Shown: positions 46,820 to 57,159, numbered from the stretch's first letter. The stretch: 64,000 nt of DNA from Candidatus Shapirobacteria bacterium (GCA_041660365.1 JBAZWK010000001.1:1524-65523); one strand, 5' to 3'. Made by a program: numbers and translations. The notes: generated from the sequence alone by a model not told the origin.

Positions 46820-48008
46820 AGATTTGATTTAAACCCTCAACACATTTAATAAAAGAGTAATTATTTTTAATTAATTTCCGAGCGTTTGCGCCCATAGCTT
46901 GGCGAAATTTAGTGTCTGTCAAAATTTTGAAAACATTTTTGAGAATGTCTTTGTTGGGACTGACGATAGCGTCTTTATAATTTTCAATTTTGATGCTGCC
47001 CATACCACCTTCAGGGGTGGTAATAACTGGCAGACCGAAGGTCATGCCTTCTAGAAATTTATTACGGGTGCCTCCCCCACTGCCCATGGGAGCTAAAAGC
47101 AACCAACAGTGTTCGTAATAATATTGAGGATCATGTGGCTGGCCATCGGAATCAGCTTCGGCCACAATAATGTCTGGTGAGGCGTATTTGCCAAAAAATT
47201 CTGGAGCAAAACGACCAATGATATAGAGCTGACAGTTAGGAACTTGAGTTTTAATTTGAGGCCAATAATTTTCTAAAATTAATTCTACCGATTCTCGATT
47301 TTGCATCCATTTCATGTTTGAAACACCAAAAAGAATGCTGGGATTTTTCGATTTTTGACTTTTGGTGGGGGCGTCAATATATTTTTGATCAACGCCGTTT
47401 TGAAAATATTGAATATCTTTACGATTAGTAACTTCAGAAATAGTTTTTTGATCCTCAATACCAAAAGCGACCACAGTGTGAGTATTTTTCCAATAATGAG
47501 TTTCCCAATACTTTAGTTTACTGACGTCATACCAAAGGACGGGTGCTAAAATTTTTCTCCAACCCTTGAGACTTTCGACATAGTGTTGATAAACAGCGTA
47601 TTCAATAGTTAAATCGACTAAGACCACCGGAATATCAGTTTTAGGGATATTGGGCATAGGGTAAAAACAATCACAGTGAATAAGGTCAAATTTGTGGGTG
47701 TCAATTTCTTCTTGAATGGCTTTGCGAAAATCGTCAGAAATATAGTTGACCACTAAAAAAGGATAGGGACTAAAAGCGGTAGCTAGGATTTTTTTAAGGT
47801 CCCAAGTCTTACCTCTTTTAACCACAACAATTTTTTGACAATATTGACGAAGATCTTCGACTCCCTCTTCATCACGACTAAAACAAATCAAAGTAATGTC
47901 ATTTTTTGGAGCTAAATATTTGATGGAATAAAAGGATGATCTTTGACCTCCGGATTGAGATAAACGAGGAACGTAGGGAGTGATCATTAAGATTTTTCTT
48001 TTAATCAT
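46797..48008 (-). CDS. GT4 glycosyltransferase
   Basis: GGGTRNKFLEGM..GLPV. Confidence 0.85.
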   Translation of the reverse strand: MIKRKILMITPYVPRLSQSGGQRSSFYSIKYLAPKNDITLICFSRDEEGVEDLRQYCQKIVVVKRGKTWDLKKILATAFSPYPFLVVNYISDDFRKAIQEEIDTHKFDLIHCDCFYPMPNIPKTDIPVVLVDLTIEYAVYQHYVESLKGWRKILAPVLWYDVSKLKYWETHYWKNTHTVVAFGIEDQKTISEVTNRKDIQYFQNGVDQKYIDAPTKSQKSKNPSILFGVSNMKWMQNRESVELILENYWPQIKTQVPNCQLYIIGRFAPEFFGKYASPDIIVAEADSDGQPHDPQYYYEHCWLLLAPMGSGGGTRNKFLEGMTFGLPVITTPEGGMGSIKIENYKDAIVSPNKDILKNVFKILTDTKFRQAMGANARKLIKNNYSFIKCVEGLNQIYENITKK

Positions 48009-49395
48009 GTTTTAAATTTAAACTTTGATAATAGAGAGCCATAATAATCCAAAAAGTATAAGCCACTTTTGAAGCTTCTAGAATATCAATAAAAGTAGCG
48101 TTAGCCAACAGACTGGCCATTACAGAAAGGAAAATCAATGATAGTTGAGAGGCTAAATCTGTGGGACGTTTTTTAATTAGAGGTACGGTTTTAATAAAGA
48201 AATAAAGGAAAATAATATTTAAGGTCATAAAACCTAAAAGGCCACTTTCACCTAAAGATCGGAGATAATCATTATCTGTGGCGAGGGTAATGGAACCTAG
48301 GCCGGTACCTAAAATCGGGTTTTTCTTAAAGGCATTTAAAGCTCGAGGCCATTCAACATTAAAGCGAATTTCCCCAGAGCGAGCCACACCGGCGTCAATA
48401 TCGGCTGGGGTAACTTCTTCAACAGCCGGATGACGAAAGACAGTGGGGGTGGGTTTTTGGATAATGACGGCCACTGGTTTTTGAATAATAGCAATGACAG
48501 TTGTAGTTGGAGTTGGAAAAATAGTGGGAGTGGAGCTGATTTTTACAGTTGAGGTTTTAACAATATTAATGGTGGCTAGAAGTCGTTGATTTAAGTCTCC
48601 TGAACTAAAAAAAGAATAAACAACCAGGGCAGAAAGCGGCAGTATCCACCAATAGCGACGTAGGAGTATAAAGCAGAGAACAATGCCGCCCCAAAATGCA
48701 AAAATGGAAACTCGAGAAGCGGTGAGAGTTAATAAATTAAAGCCAATTAAAAAGATGATAAAGGAAGAAATTTTTAGTAATTTGTTTTTAGTTAAAACGG
48801 TGACAGCACCAATAATAATTAAAACTAAACTAAGGTAAGCGGCCAAATCATAGTGGCCGGCAAAGGTGGAGGAAATTCGAGTCCAAACATTCATTTGAAG
48901 AAGTTGGCCTTTTGAGAATTCTTCATTCATGGTGGAAACAACTGGAAATTGAAAATATTTTTGACCATAGCCATAAACAGCGATGCCCAGCATGGCCATC
49001 AAAAGAAAAATATAAGGATAAATGAAATCTTTAATATTTTTAATAGCATTTAAAGTGATAAAGAAGAGAGAAATATATTCAAAACGACGAAAGGTGTTAA
49101 GCAAAAGAACCGAGGGTAAGTTATTTTGATAAATTAATATTGAGTTGACCGTACTAAGCAAAATAGCGATAAAATAGGCAATAAACAGTAAAGTAATTTT
49201 TTGTTTAAAGAAAGAAAAATGATTTTTTAGTTGATAAATAAAGAAAAATACAAAACAGAGGGCGATAACAATATCATCAAGGCGAATGGCTACGTAGGTG
49301 CCTTCAACGCCAGTTAAGGGAAATTTGGGATAGAGAGGAATAAAGAGAATTAAGATGGCTAAAATAATCCGAAAAGGATTTAAATTCTTGAACAT
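48001..49395 (-). CDS. O-antigen ligase/polymerase-family membrane protein
   Basis: R.SSTF.G, TASR, NPILGTG, DN.YLR.LGESG. Confidence 0.8.
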   Translation of the reverse strand: MFKNLNPFRIILAILILFIPLYPKFPLTGVEGTYVAIRLDDIVIALCFVFFFIYQLKNHFSFFKQKITLLFIAYFIAILLSTVNSILIYQNNLPSVLLLNTFRRFEYISLFFITLNAIKNIKDFIYPYIFLLMAMLGIAVYGYGQKYFQFPVVSTMNEEFSKGQLLQMNVWTRISSTFAGHYDLAAYLSLVLIIIGAVTVLTKNKLLKISSFIIFLIGFNLLTLTASRVSIFAFWGGIVLCFILLRRYWWILPLSALVVYSFFSSGDLNQRLLATINIVKTSTVKISSTPTIFPTPTTTVIAIIQKPVAVIIQKPTPTVFRHPAVEEVTPADIDAGVARSGEIRFNVEWPRALNAFKKNPILGTGLGSITLATDNDYLRSLGESGLLGFMTLNIIFLYFFIKTVPLIKKRPTDLASQLSLIFLSVMASLLANATFIDILEASKVAYTFWIIMALYYQSLNLKHD

Positions 49396-50297
49396 ACCTC
49401 TTTATAAATTGGAATAATTAAACTGCGGAGGAAGGCGTTAACTTTGAGGACTTTTTTAACCACTTTAGTTTGCCACTGAGGCCGATGTCGTTCAAAAAAA
49501 GAGATAACACCAGTATATTCACGAACAATGGGATCGGAACGTTTGATAGCTGAAGCGCCGCCAAGATGGATAATCTGTGGGCCAACAAGATACCAACATT
49601 GAGATTTTGGAAAGGCTAAATGCATGCGGTAAGCCCATTCAACTTCTTCGCCATACATAAAGTAACTTTCGTCAAAACCTTTAGTTTTATCAACAACAGA
49701 GCGACGAATTAACATAAAAGCGCCAGTGACCCAGTCTTGTTGGTGATCCTTAAGAAATAATTTTTCATGAGTATAAAACTGGGGAGTGTGGGGATGAAAA
49801 GGTCTAACTAGAGAGTTAAAAAAAGGCAAATCATCAAAACCTAAAGACCAGGCAATAGTATTGGCTAAGTTCGGAAAATAACCACCACTGGCTTGAATAC
49901 TTAAATCTTTGTTTAATAATTGGGCGCTACACATATGAGCTTCGGGGTGGGCCGAGAGCCAAATTAGGCTTTGGCTGATAGCGGAGTGAAGAATAATAGT
50001 ATCAGGGTTTAAGAGAAGAATATAATTGCCTTTTGAAATTCTAATCCCTTGGTTATTGGCTTTACCAAAACCGACATTTTCATTAAGAATTAATTGACAG
50101 TTTTTTGCTTTTGAGCTCTTAATAAATTTATTTATTTGGACAACTGAATCGTCTGGAGAAGCATTGTCAATAACAATAATTTCAAAGGGGATATCTTTAA
50201 GACCTTTATCGGTATAAATCGATTTTAAACAGTCGACAGTAATTTGGCTGGTATTATAAGAGACAATGATGATGGAGAGGAGTGGATTATTTTTCAT
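49380..50297 (-). CDS. GT2 glycosyltransferase
   Basis: DNASPD, GFGKANN, LLNPDT, FMYGEE. Confidence 0.9.
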   Translation of the reverse strand: MKNNPLLSIIIVSYNTSQITVDCLKSIYTDKGLKDIPFEIIVIDNASPDDSVVQINKFIKSSKAKNCQLILNENVGFGKANNQGIRISKGNYILLLNPDTIILHSAISQSLIWLSAHPEAHMCSAQLLNKDLSIQASGGYFPNLANTIAWSLGFDDLPFFNSLVRPFHPHTPQFYTHEKLFLKDHQQDWVTGAFMLIRRSVVDKTKGFDESYFMYGEEVEWAYRMHLAFPKSQCWYLVGPQIIHLGGASAIKRSDPIVREYTGVISFFERHRPQWQTKVVKKVLKVNAFLRSLIIPIYKEVCSRI

Positions 50298-50835
50298 CTG
50301 AGTTTAGAAATTTTTTATATACAAAAACAATGGAAATTAAGGATAATTCTAATATAGCAAAATTAGCTAGGCGACGAAAAGGTGAAGTTGGAACAATTTT
50401 TAAAGTGATTTTGGCATTATATTCTTTGCCTTTGAAAATTAGTTTATTAACGATTCTTTTTTCCGGTTTAGTGAAGACATCGTTTTGCCATTCGTAACCA
50501 TTAATATAGAGTGACTCTTTAAAAGGGAGGTGAAATTCTTCAAAATAATAACTTTGAATTGTATCTTTGATAATAGTTTTGGCTAATTCCGGGGGGTGAT
50601 TAAGGATAATTAAAAATGGGGCATTATAAGTGGATTTATAGAAATTGATAACCTCGTTTCTGGTTAAATTAGTGTAATAAGCAGAAACATTTTTCAATTG
50701 AACAGTATCCCCTGGTTCGTCTGACTTGGCACTATTGGGCAGATTTTTTAAAGTGGGAGTGGGAATTAAAAGATAGGCAAGAGATATGGCATTAAATAAA
50801 ATAATTAAAATAGTGGGAAGGATTTTTTTAAGCAT
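50287..50835 (-). CDS. Hypothetical membrane protein
   Basis: 182-aa ORF with terminal TM helices, in operon. Confidence 0.7.
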   Translation of the reverse strand: MLKKILPTILIILFNAISLAYLLIPTPTLKNLPNSAKSDEPGDTVQLKNVSAYYTNLTRNEVINFYKSTYNAPFLIILNHPPELAKTIIKDTIQSYYFEEFHLPFKESLYINGYEWQNDVFTKPEKRIVNKLIFKGKEYNAKITLKIVPTSPFRRLANFAILELSLISIVFVYKKFLNSDEK

Positions 50836-51428
50836 TATTGAAAAAGCATGGCTCGACCCAAAGAATATTGGGGATTTTTAAGTTGACGATCGGAAATCTT
50901 TTTAGCGGGAATTCCACCCCAAACTTCATAATCGGGAATGTCTTTGGTGACCACTGCGCCGGCAGCGACAATGGCTCCCCGACCAATAGTAACTCCGGGA
51001 AGAATAATAGCCCGAGGACCAATAAAAACGTAATCTTTGATGATAACTGGAGCAAAGGAATTTTTAAAATCGGAGGAATTTATGTCGTGTTCGTCAGTAT
51101 AAATTAAAACTTCACTGGCAATATCCACGTGATTACCAATATCTAATTTTCCTCGACCGTCTAAAAAAGCGCGATAACCGATGATGCTGTTTTGGCCGAT
51201 AGTGATGCCGCTTGGGTGGAAAAAATTGGCTTCGAGTTGAATAGTACTGTTGAAGGGCATTTTTAAACCCGAGATTAGATAAAAAACTTTTCGAAGACTA
51301 TGGATGGGGAGGTAACCGATAATTCTTAAAATCAGTAGCCAAAATTCACTAAAAACAGTGAGAAAACGATTTAGTATTTTAGGAAATAGGTTTTGGAGAG
51401 TTAGTTTTTGACCAACGTATTCATTCAT
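50835..51428 (-). CDS. Hexapeptide-repeat (LbH) O-acyltransferase
   Basis: [30 protein letters not shown]. Confidence 0.9.
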   Translation of the reverse strand: MNEYVGQKLTLQNLFPKILNRFLTVFSEFWLLILRIIGYLPIHSLRKVFYLISGLKMPFNSTIQLEANFFHPSGITIGQNSIIGYRAFLDGRGKLDIGNHVDIASEVLIYTDEHDINSSDFKNSFAPVIIKDYVFIGPRAIILPGVTIGRGAIVAAGAVVTKDIPDYEVWGGIPAKKISDRQLKNPQYSLGRAMLFQ

Positions 51429-51436
51429 AAGTTAAA

Positions 51437-52534
51437 TTATAGCTTAGAAAAAATTTTAATGAGGGATTTAGCGGAGTTGATCCAGGTGAATTTTTGAGCT
51501 TGTTTTAGGCCTTTGCTAATTAAATTTTGCCTAATTTCAGGATTAATAATTTGGGTCATCGCTTCTAATAAAGTTTGAGAATTATATGGATCAATATAAA
51601 GGGCAGTATCGGCGAGAACTTCTTTAAGCGGGGAAATATTACTGGCGATAACCGGGGTGCCGGCTTGCTGACTTTCAATAGCGGGAATACCGAAACCTTC
51701 GTAAGTACTGGGAATAATTAAAGAGACGGCGTTTTGATAGAGACAAGATTTCTCTGTTTCACTGAGGTAATCGGTAAAAATAATTTGAGAATTTAATTTT
51801 AGTTTGGCGACTAATTGAGCGATGTCGGTGTAAAGCCAGCCTTTTTTTCCACCAATGACCAACTGGTAGTTGGGATTTTTGGCTAAAAATTTGGCAAAAG
51901 TTTCGATTAAAAAGGGATAATTCTTATTAGGTTTGAGAGTACCGATAGCTAAAAAATAAGGATAAGTTAGGTGAAATTTTTTAGCAACAGGTGAAAAACT
52001 TTGAGTTTTGATTTTGGAAATCTGGGACACGCCATTATAAACTAAAGAGATTTTTTGCGGGTCAATTTGGTAAGTTTTGACTAATTCGTCTTTGGTAAAT
52101 TGGGAAACGGCCACAATGTGGGCGGATTTTTTAAGTGAAGTTTCAGTCCAATTTTTAAGCTGATAGAAATCTTTTTTGGTAAATTGGGAAGGGTCTTGCA
52201 AATAACCAATGTCGTGAATAGTAGGAACGCAGGGAAAGGGGGAAAATAACGGAGAATAGTGATTAAAGGAATAAAATAAATCTAGATCAGGAGATTTAGT
52301 ATAAAGATAAAAAGGCAGGGCAATTTTGGTCCAAAGTTTTTGGGGACCAAAAACTAAATAATGCCAGTTAGCCTTGGTTTTAGGGAGATCGTTTTGAGGT
52401 GGATTTTTAAGAAAAATATAATATTGGTTTTTTAAGTCTTGACGGTAAAGTTCCCATAAAATATTAAAGGCGTATTGACCAACACCGACCCTTTGGGGAA
52501 AATTGGCTTCATTAGCGTCGATTCCAATCAACAT
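51437..52534 (-). CDS. GT4 glycosyltransferase
   Basis: TIHD, GTLKPNKN, EGFGIP. Confidence 0.9.
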   Translation of the reverse strand: MLIGIDANEANFPQRVGVGQYAFNILWELYRQDLKNQYYIFLKNPPQNDLPKTKANWHYLVFGPQKLWTKIALPFYLYTKSPDLDLFYSFNHYSPLFSPFPCVPTIHDIGYLQDPSQFTKKDFYQLKNWTETSLKKSAHIVAVSQFTKDELVKTYQIDPQKISLVYNGVSQISKIKTQSFSPVAKKFHLTYPYFLAIGTLKPNKNYPFLIETFAKFLAKNPNYQLVIGGKKGWLYTDIAQLVAKLKLNSQIIFTDYLSETEKSCLYQNAVSLIIPSTYEGFGIPAIESQQAGTPVIASNISPLKEVLADTALYIDPYNSQTLLEAMTQIINPEIRQNLISKGLKQAQKFTWINSAKSLIKIFSKL

Positions 52535-53664
52535 ATTTTTTTATAAATATTTAAAGTTTGTTTGGCGGTGATATCCCAAGAAAATTTGGTCGATTGCAGA
52601 AGAGATTTTTGGGAAAGTTTTTTTCTAAGAGTGCTCGAACTAATCAATTTTTGTAAACCTTGAAAAATCGATTCAATGGAATTGGGATTAATTAAAATAC
52701 CAGAGTTGCCAACAACTTCGGGCAGTGAGGAAGTACAGCTAGTTAAAACAGGAACACCAAGTTTTAGAGATTTAACTAAGGGCAGGCCAAAACCTTCGTA
52801 GAGGGAGGGGTAAGCTAAAAATAAAGCTGAGGCGTGAAGAGCCACCATATCTTTTTCGGGAATGTAACCCAGGATCTTAATCCGAGAATTTTTGAACTGG
52901 AGAATATCTTTACCCCAACCATATTTACCGGTGATAGCTAATTCTACCTTAGATTCGGGATGTTTTTGATGGTATAAATTAAAGGCAGCAATTAAACGAG
53001 TTAAATTTTTGCGCGGTTCCCGGGTGCCTTGGGAAAGAATAAATTTTTTAAGGCCGTACTGTTTTTCGATGGCAGATTTTTTGCGATTTTGAATTTCTGG
53101 GGACAGTTTCAAAAAATCACTGTATTTATCTTCGGCGGCTTCATAAATAACGCTAGTTTTTTGAGAATTTATTTTAGGGAAAATTCTTAAAAGATCTTTT
53201 TGAGAATTTTGCGAGACACAAATAAAATTTTGACATTCTTTGGCTGCCCAAAACATTTTTCGTTGATGAGTAGTGACAATTTTAGGAGATAACCATTGGG
53301 GAAAAAGAAAGGGCGTTAAGTCGTGGACAGTAGTGATAGTTTTGGCTTTTAATGTCGGCGGCTGGGTCCAATCAGAAGTATGAAAAACATCGCATCGGCC
53401 AATAAAAAATTCTATCGGTAAAATATGAAGTTGATTCCATAGAATGGCTAAAAAAGTGGGAGGTAAGCGATAATGGTAGATTTTGACATTTTTATATTTG
53501 GCTAATTCAGAAATTTCTTTTGGCAGTGGTTGGCGAAGAAGAGAAAAAAAGAGTTTATATGTGTTTTGGCGATCATTTTTTAGAAGATGCCGGACTAGGT
53601 TTAGGGTGTAATTACTGACACCGGTGCCATAAGCAATAGAAGAGACATCGATTCCGATTATCAT
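52528..53664 (-). CDS. GT4 glycosyltransferase
   Basis: TVHDL, EPRKN, YEGFGLP. Confidence 0.9.
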   Translation of the reverse strand: MIIGIDVSSIAYGTGVSNYTLNLVRHLLKNDRQNTYKLFFSLLRQPLPKEISELAKYKNVKIYHYRLPPTFLAILWNQLHILPIEFFIGRCDVFHTSDWTQPPTLKAKTITTVHDLTPFLFPQWLSPKIVTTHQRKMFWAAKECQNFICVSQNSQKDLLRIFPKINSQKTSVIYEAAEDKYSDFLKLSPEIQNRKKSAIEKQYGLKKFILSQGTREPRKNLTRLIAAFNLYHQKHPESKVELAITGKYGWGKDILQFKNSRIKILGYIPEKDMVALHASALFLAYPSLYEGFGLPLVKSLKLGVPVLTSCTSSLPEVVGNSGILINPNSIESIFQGLQKLISSSTLRKKLSQKSLLQSTKFSWDITAKQTLNIYKKIC

Positions 53665-54512
53665 ATCTGTATGGTTGATTTTAGCAAATATGATAAATTT
53701 CGGAGGCGTTCGACGAAAATTTGAGGAAAATTTTTAATAAATTCGGAAAAAGTATAATTTTTGTGAATAAAATAAATCCAATTTTTAAAAACTTGTTTAG
53801 CCCGAAAGTTGCCCATGCGATTGCTGGTGCCGCCACCTAGATGGTAAGCCAAGGCTTGAGGAATCAACAAAGTCTGATAGTGATTTTTTTGGAGCCGAAA
53901 GGCAAGGTCGACATCTTCGACATAGGCGAAATAATGTTCGTCGAAAAGGCCTATTTTAAGGATAATTTCTTTATTATAAATGACGACGGCGCCACTGGAA
54001 CCCCAGACTGATTTAGAGGAATAGTTAGTTAGATGAGTAGATAAGTAGTTAATAGTTGAAAAGTGGTTTTGAAGGCACTTACCTGACCAATCAAAACTGA
54101 TGCCTTGGGATTCAATGGCAGTGCCGTCACGGTTTAAAACCGTGCCACAAAAACAGGCAAACTTAGGGTATTTTTTAATGTTTTGAACAATTAATTTAAA
54201 ATAATTTTGATCGAGATTCAAGTCGTTGTTTAATAGACAGACGTAATTGTATTTGGCAGCCTTAATGCCCCGATTAACGGCAAAAGCAAAACCAGTATTG
54301 CGATTTAGTTGAATAGTGGAATAGTCGAATAGTTTAATAGATGAAGAGTTGAATAGTTGAATAGAATTATCAGTGGAGCCGTTGTCGACCAGAATTATTT
54401 CGAATTTGGCGTTGAGGCAATTTTTAATGGCAAGGTTAAGATTTTTTAGACAGTCGGGTAGATATTTAGCACCATTAAAATTAGGAATAATGATACTAAA
54501 ATTAATTTCCAT
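53661..54512 (-). CDS. GT2 glycosyltransferase with two repeat-derived segments
   Basis: VDNGSTD, GFA.AVN, LLNND, YVEDVDL. Confidence 0.9.
   Translation of the reverse strand: MEINFSIIIPNFNGAKYLPDCLKNLNLAIKNCLNAKFEIILVDNGSTDNSIQLFNSSSIKLFDYSTIQLNRNTGFAFAVNRGIKAAKYNYVCLLNNDLNLDQNYFKLIVQNIKKYPKFACFCGTVLNRDGTAIESQGISFDWSGKCLQNHFSTINYLSTHLTNYSSKSVWGSSGAVVIYNKEIILKIGLFDEHYFAYVEDVDLAFRLQKNHYQTLLIPQALAYHLGGGTSNRMGNFRAKQVFKNWIYFIHKNYTFSEFIKNFPQIFVERLRNLSYLLKSTIQI
54014..54060 (+). repeat. TAGnnnnn octamer array (6 units, one of 7 nt) inside the GT2 gene
   Basis: TAGAGGAA TAGTTAGT TAGATGAG TAGATAAG TAGTTAA TAGTTGAA. Confidence 0.8.
54306..54364 (+). repeat. TAGnnnAA octamer array (7 units) inside the GT2 gene
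   Basis: TAGTTGAA TAGTGGAA TAGTCGAA TAGTTTAA TAGATGAA GAGTTGAA TAGTTGAA TAG. Confidence 0.9.
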
Positions 54513-54966
54513 AATTTATTTTAATAGAATCCCCTATTTTTAATTTTATTTTTTGGGCAGTACCGGCATTTAATTCGATGACGTATTTAACGGCTTGGGA
54601 ACTTTGGTAGAGTTTGAGTTGAAGGTCGGGAACATTGGGTTCGGGTTTTGCGGTGAAGATATCGGTAACTTGACCGCTTTGAGTGACAAAAATCATGTCT
54701 AAAGAAATCAAGGTATCTTTCATCCAAAAATAGCGAATAGTTTCACCATTAAAAACAAAAAGCATCCCGCAGTTAGAACAAAGTTCTGATCGATTAGAGA
54801 GTCCTTTGGCCTGAAGATAGGAATTATTTGCAATCTCAAGAATATAACTTTGATCTTTAATATTTTGATTTATTGTCTTGGGTGGTGATGATTTATTGAT
54901 AAATAGTTTAGTAGATAAGTAGATTAGTAGTAAGACAACTAGAACTATAATGATAATTTTTTGCAT
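54502..54966 (-). CDS. DUF192 family protein
   Basis: GLS.R, GMLFVF, FWMKDT.ISLDMIF, YVIELNAG. Confidence 0.88.
   Translation of the reverse strand: MQKIIIIVLVVLLLIYLSTKLFINKSSPPKTINQNIKDQSYILEIANNSYLQAKGLSNRSELCSNCGMLFVFNGETIRYFWMKDTLISLDMIFVTQSGQVTDIFTAKPEPNVPDLQLKLYQSSQAVKYVIELNAGTAQKIKLKIGDSIKINYGN
54904..54934 (+). repeat. Octamer array (4 units) inside the DUF192 gene
   Basis: TAGTTTAG TAGATAAG TAGATTAG TAGTAAG. Confidence 0.7.
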
Positions 54967-56147
54967 AAGCTTTCCCCTATTCTATCCCAAGTGTAAAAAC
55001 TTTTAATATTTTGATAACCGGTATGGGCCAGATTTTTCGAAAGTTGCGGTGATTTAATTAATTTAATAATAGTTCTAGTTAAGTTGTTTAGATTATCTAT
55101 TTTGAAAGTTAAACCGCCCTTTAAGGTATTAATAACTTCGAATGTTTGGGGAGTATTGGCACCGATTATCGCTTTGCCTCGGGCTAGGCTTTCGACAAAA
55201 ACCAAGCCAAAACTTTCATGAACTGAGGGCAGAATTAAAAAAGAACTTTGATCTATGGCATCCTTAATTTGTTTTGGAGTGGGTTTAAAAATAAATTTAA
55301 TTTTTGACCGAGTCTGTGGAGGAATAGTTTTTAAAAAAGTCGAAATTTTGGGAAAATAAAGGGTTTTTTGACCGAGAAGGGTTAAAGACGAGTGAGGGTA
55401 TTTTTTTAAAATTAAATCAAAAGCTTGGATTAAAAGTTCGCTTCTTTTATGAGCGGAAAAATTAGCAATAAAAACTAGGTGAGTTTCTTTTGGATAATGA
55501 ATTCTTTTTTCATCAATAATAAAATCTGGGTCAACCCCGAGACCGTGGACAAAATATTGGGGTTGAGTGATTTTTAAATTTTTTTGAAAATATTTTTTTT
55601 CATAGTCGGTGAGACACCAAAGGTAGTCGGCTTTTTTTAATACGGAAAGTAAAATGGGACTTTGAAAATCCGGATCATTAGGGTGAAAACAAGGAACGAG
55701 GAGTAATTTAGTTGAATAGTGGAATAGTTTAGTAGTTAAGAAGTGAAGAAAAGAAGCATAAAGAATAATGGTGGTGGGAAGCGGGCCAGCGATTATATAA
55801 TCGGGATGAAATTGGACAATAGATTTTAGAGATGAGAAAAAAGAAATTGGGGAAAAGATGGGACCTTTACTAAAAGTTTTGAAGTTGGGAAGTAATTTAG
55901 ATAATAGTTTAAAGGGACGATGGAGGAAAGTAAAAACTGGTAATCGAATAATGTTTGAGCCGTCTTTGCCATAATTTAATTGGCTATGACGAGCCGAGGA
56001 GAAGTCGTCGGTGGAAGTACAGTTAGTAGTTAAAACTAAAATTTGATGGCCCTGTTTTTCTAGGTATTCCCCTATTTTATTGATGGCTCTGGAGCCGCCG
56101 TCAACGGCGGGAGGGTAAATATGAGTCAGTAGTAAAAATTTGGCCAT
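54945..56147 (-). CDS. GT4 glycosyltransferase
   Basis: YPPAVDGG, PS..ESFGLVFVES. Confidence 0.88.
   Translation of the reverse strand: MAKFLLLTHIYPPAVDGGSRAINKIGEYLEKQGHQILVLTTNCTSTDDFSSARHSQLNYGKDGSNIIRLPVFTFLHRPFKLLSKLLPNFKTFSKGPIFSPISFFSSLKSIVQFHPDYIIAGPLPTTIILYASFLHFLTTKLFHYSTKLLLVPCFHPNDPDFQSPILLSVLKKADYLWCLTDYEKKYFQKNLKITQPQYFVHGLGVDPDFIIDEKRIHYPKETHLVFIANFSAHKRSELLIQAFDLILKKYPHSSLTLLGQKTLYFPKISTFLKTIPPQTRSKIKFIFKPTPKQIKDAIDQSSFLILPSVHESFGLVFVESLARGKAIIGANTPQTFEVINTLKGGLTFKIDNLNNLTRTIIKLIKSPQLSKNLAHTGYQNIKSFYTWDRIGESLCKKLSL
55709..55740 (+). repeat. Octamer array (4 units) inside a GT4 gene
   Basis: TAGTTGAA TAGTGGAA TAGTTTAG TAGTTAAG. Confidence 0.8.
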
Positions 56148-56173
56148 TTGATATAGTATATTTCATAAGAGCT

Positions 56174-57109
56174 ATGAAAACGGTAATGAATAAGTTAAAA
56201 AAAGTTTTGAATTCCAAATTGTTCCAATTGTCCTTTTCGGCGATATTAATTTTTGTGGCTTTTCGAAGGGTTAATGTTGGCCATTTACTAAATGAGGTGC
56301 ATCAAGCCCCCTGGTGGGTGGTGATAGTTTTGTTGGTATATATGGCTTTTTCCATGGTTTTGGGTGGTTTACGCTGGAGTATTTTAGTTTTAGGTAAGGT
56401 TAAGCTTAGTGATGTTTTGGCCTTCACCAAAGCTACTTATGCCGGCAGCTTTTATTCACTATTTTTTCCATCTTCTGTTGGCGGAGATTTATTAAAATGG
56501 ACAAGTTTAACTAAAAAATATCCGGAAATGTCAAAGCTAAAGTTAATGGGTTCGGCCTTAATTGATCGGGTAATTGGTTTTAGCGCTTTTTCAATCGCGG
56601 CTTTAATAGCTTTAATTGCCGGGAAAATATTGAAGTATCAATTTCCTGAGATTTTATTTTGGTTATTTTTAGGGATTAATTTTGCTTTAATTGTTTTTTA
56701 TGTTTTGGTTTTTACAATTGATTTTGAAAAAATGTTGAGTAAATTTAAATTTTTAAATAAGTTATTGGAAATTGTGGATTTACTAAAGAATAGTAATAAA
56801 CAAAGAATTATTATTTGTTTTTTAATCTCTTTAATATCTGAACCGGTATGGATGTTAATGACCTGGTTTTCGTCCTTGACCTTCAAAGCTCACATAAAAC
56901 TACTGCAAGTATTTATTTTTATGCCGATAATATCCTTAATTTTAGTATTACCCATTTCATGGGCGGGTTTTGGGGCCAGAGAAAATTTATTTTTAATATT
57001 TTTTGGGCAGTTAGGATATCAATCAGAAAAATTGCTGTTAGTATCGGCTTTTGGTGGAATATTAGGAATATTAAATGCTTTGATTGGCGGACTGGTGCTG
57101 TTGTTCTAA
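56174..57109 (+). CDS. Lysylphosphatidylglycerol-synthase-TM (flippase-like) membrane protein
   Basis: LRW..L, FPSSVGGD, DR..G, LPIS.AGFG.RE. Confidence 0.82.
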   Translation: MKTVMNKLKKVLNSKLFQLSFSAILIFVAFRRVNVGHLLNEVHQAPWWVVIVLLVYMAFSMVLGGLRWSILVLGKVKLSDVLAFTKATYAGSFYSLFFPSSVGGDLLKWTSLTKKYPEMSKLKLMGSALIDRVIGFSAFSIAALIALIAGKILKYQFPEILFWLFLGINFALIVFYVLVFTIDFEKMLSKFKFLNKLLEIVDLLKNSNKQRIIICFLISLISEPVWMLMTWFSSLTFKAHIKLLQVFIFMPIISLILVLPISWAGFGARENLFLIFFGQLGYQSEKLLLVSAFGGILGILNALIGGLVLLF

Positions 57110-57110
57110 A

Positions 57111-57142
57111 TAGATAAGTAGTTGAATAGATAAGTAGTTGAG
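57111..57142 (+). repeat. Intergenic octamer array (4 units)
   Basis: TAGATAAG TAGTTGAA TAGATAAG TAGTTGAG. Confidence 0.85.
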
Positions 57143-57159
57143 AAGTAAAATACTATTAA

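Noticed and set aside
48430-48540. Pro/Thr-rich low-complexity stretch in the O-antigen ligase (also in the lipoprotein and the TPM-CAP protein)
   Set aside because: Ordinary protein linkers with no fixed DNA period.
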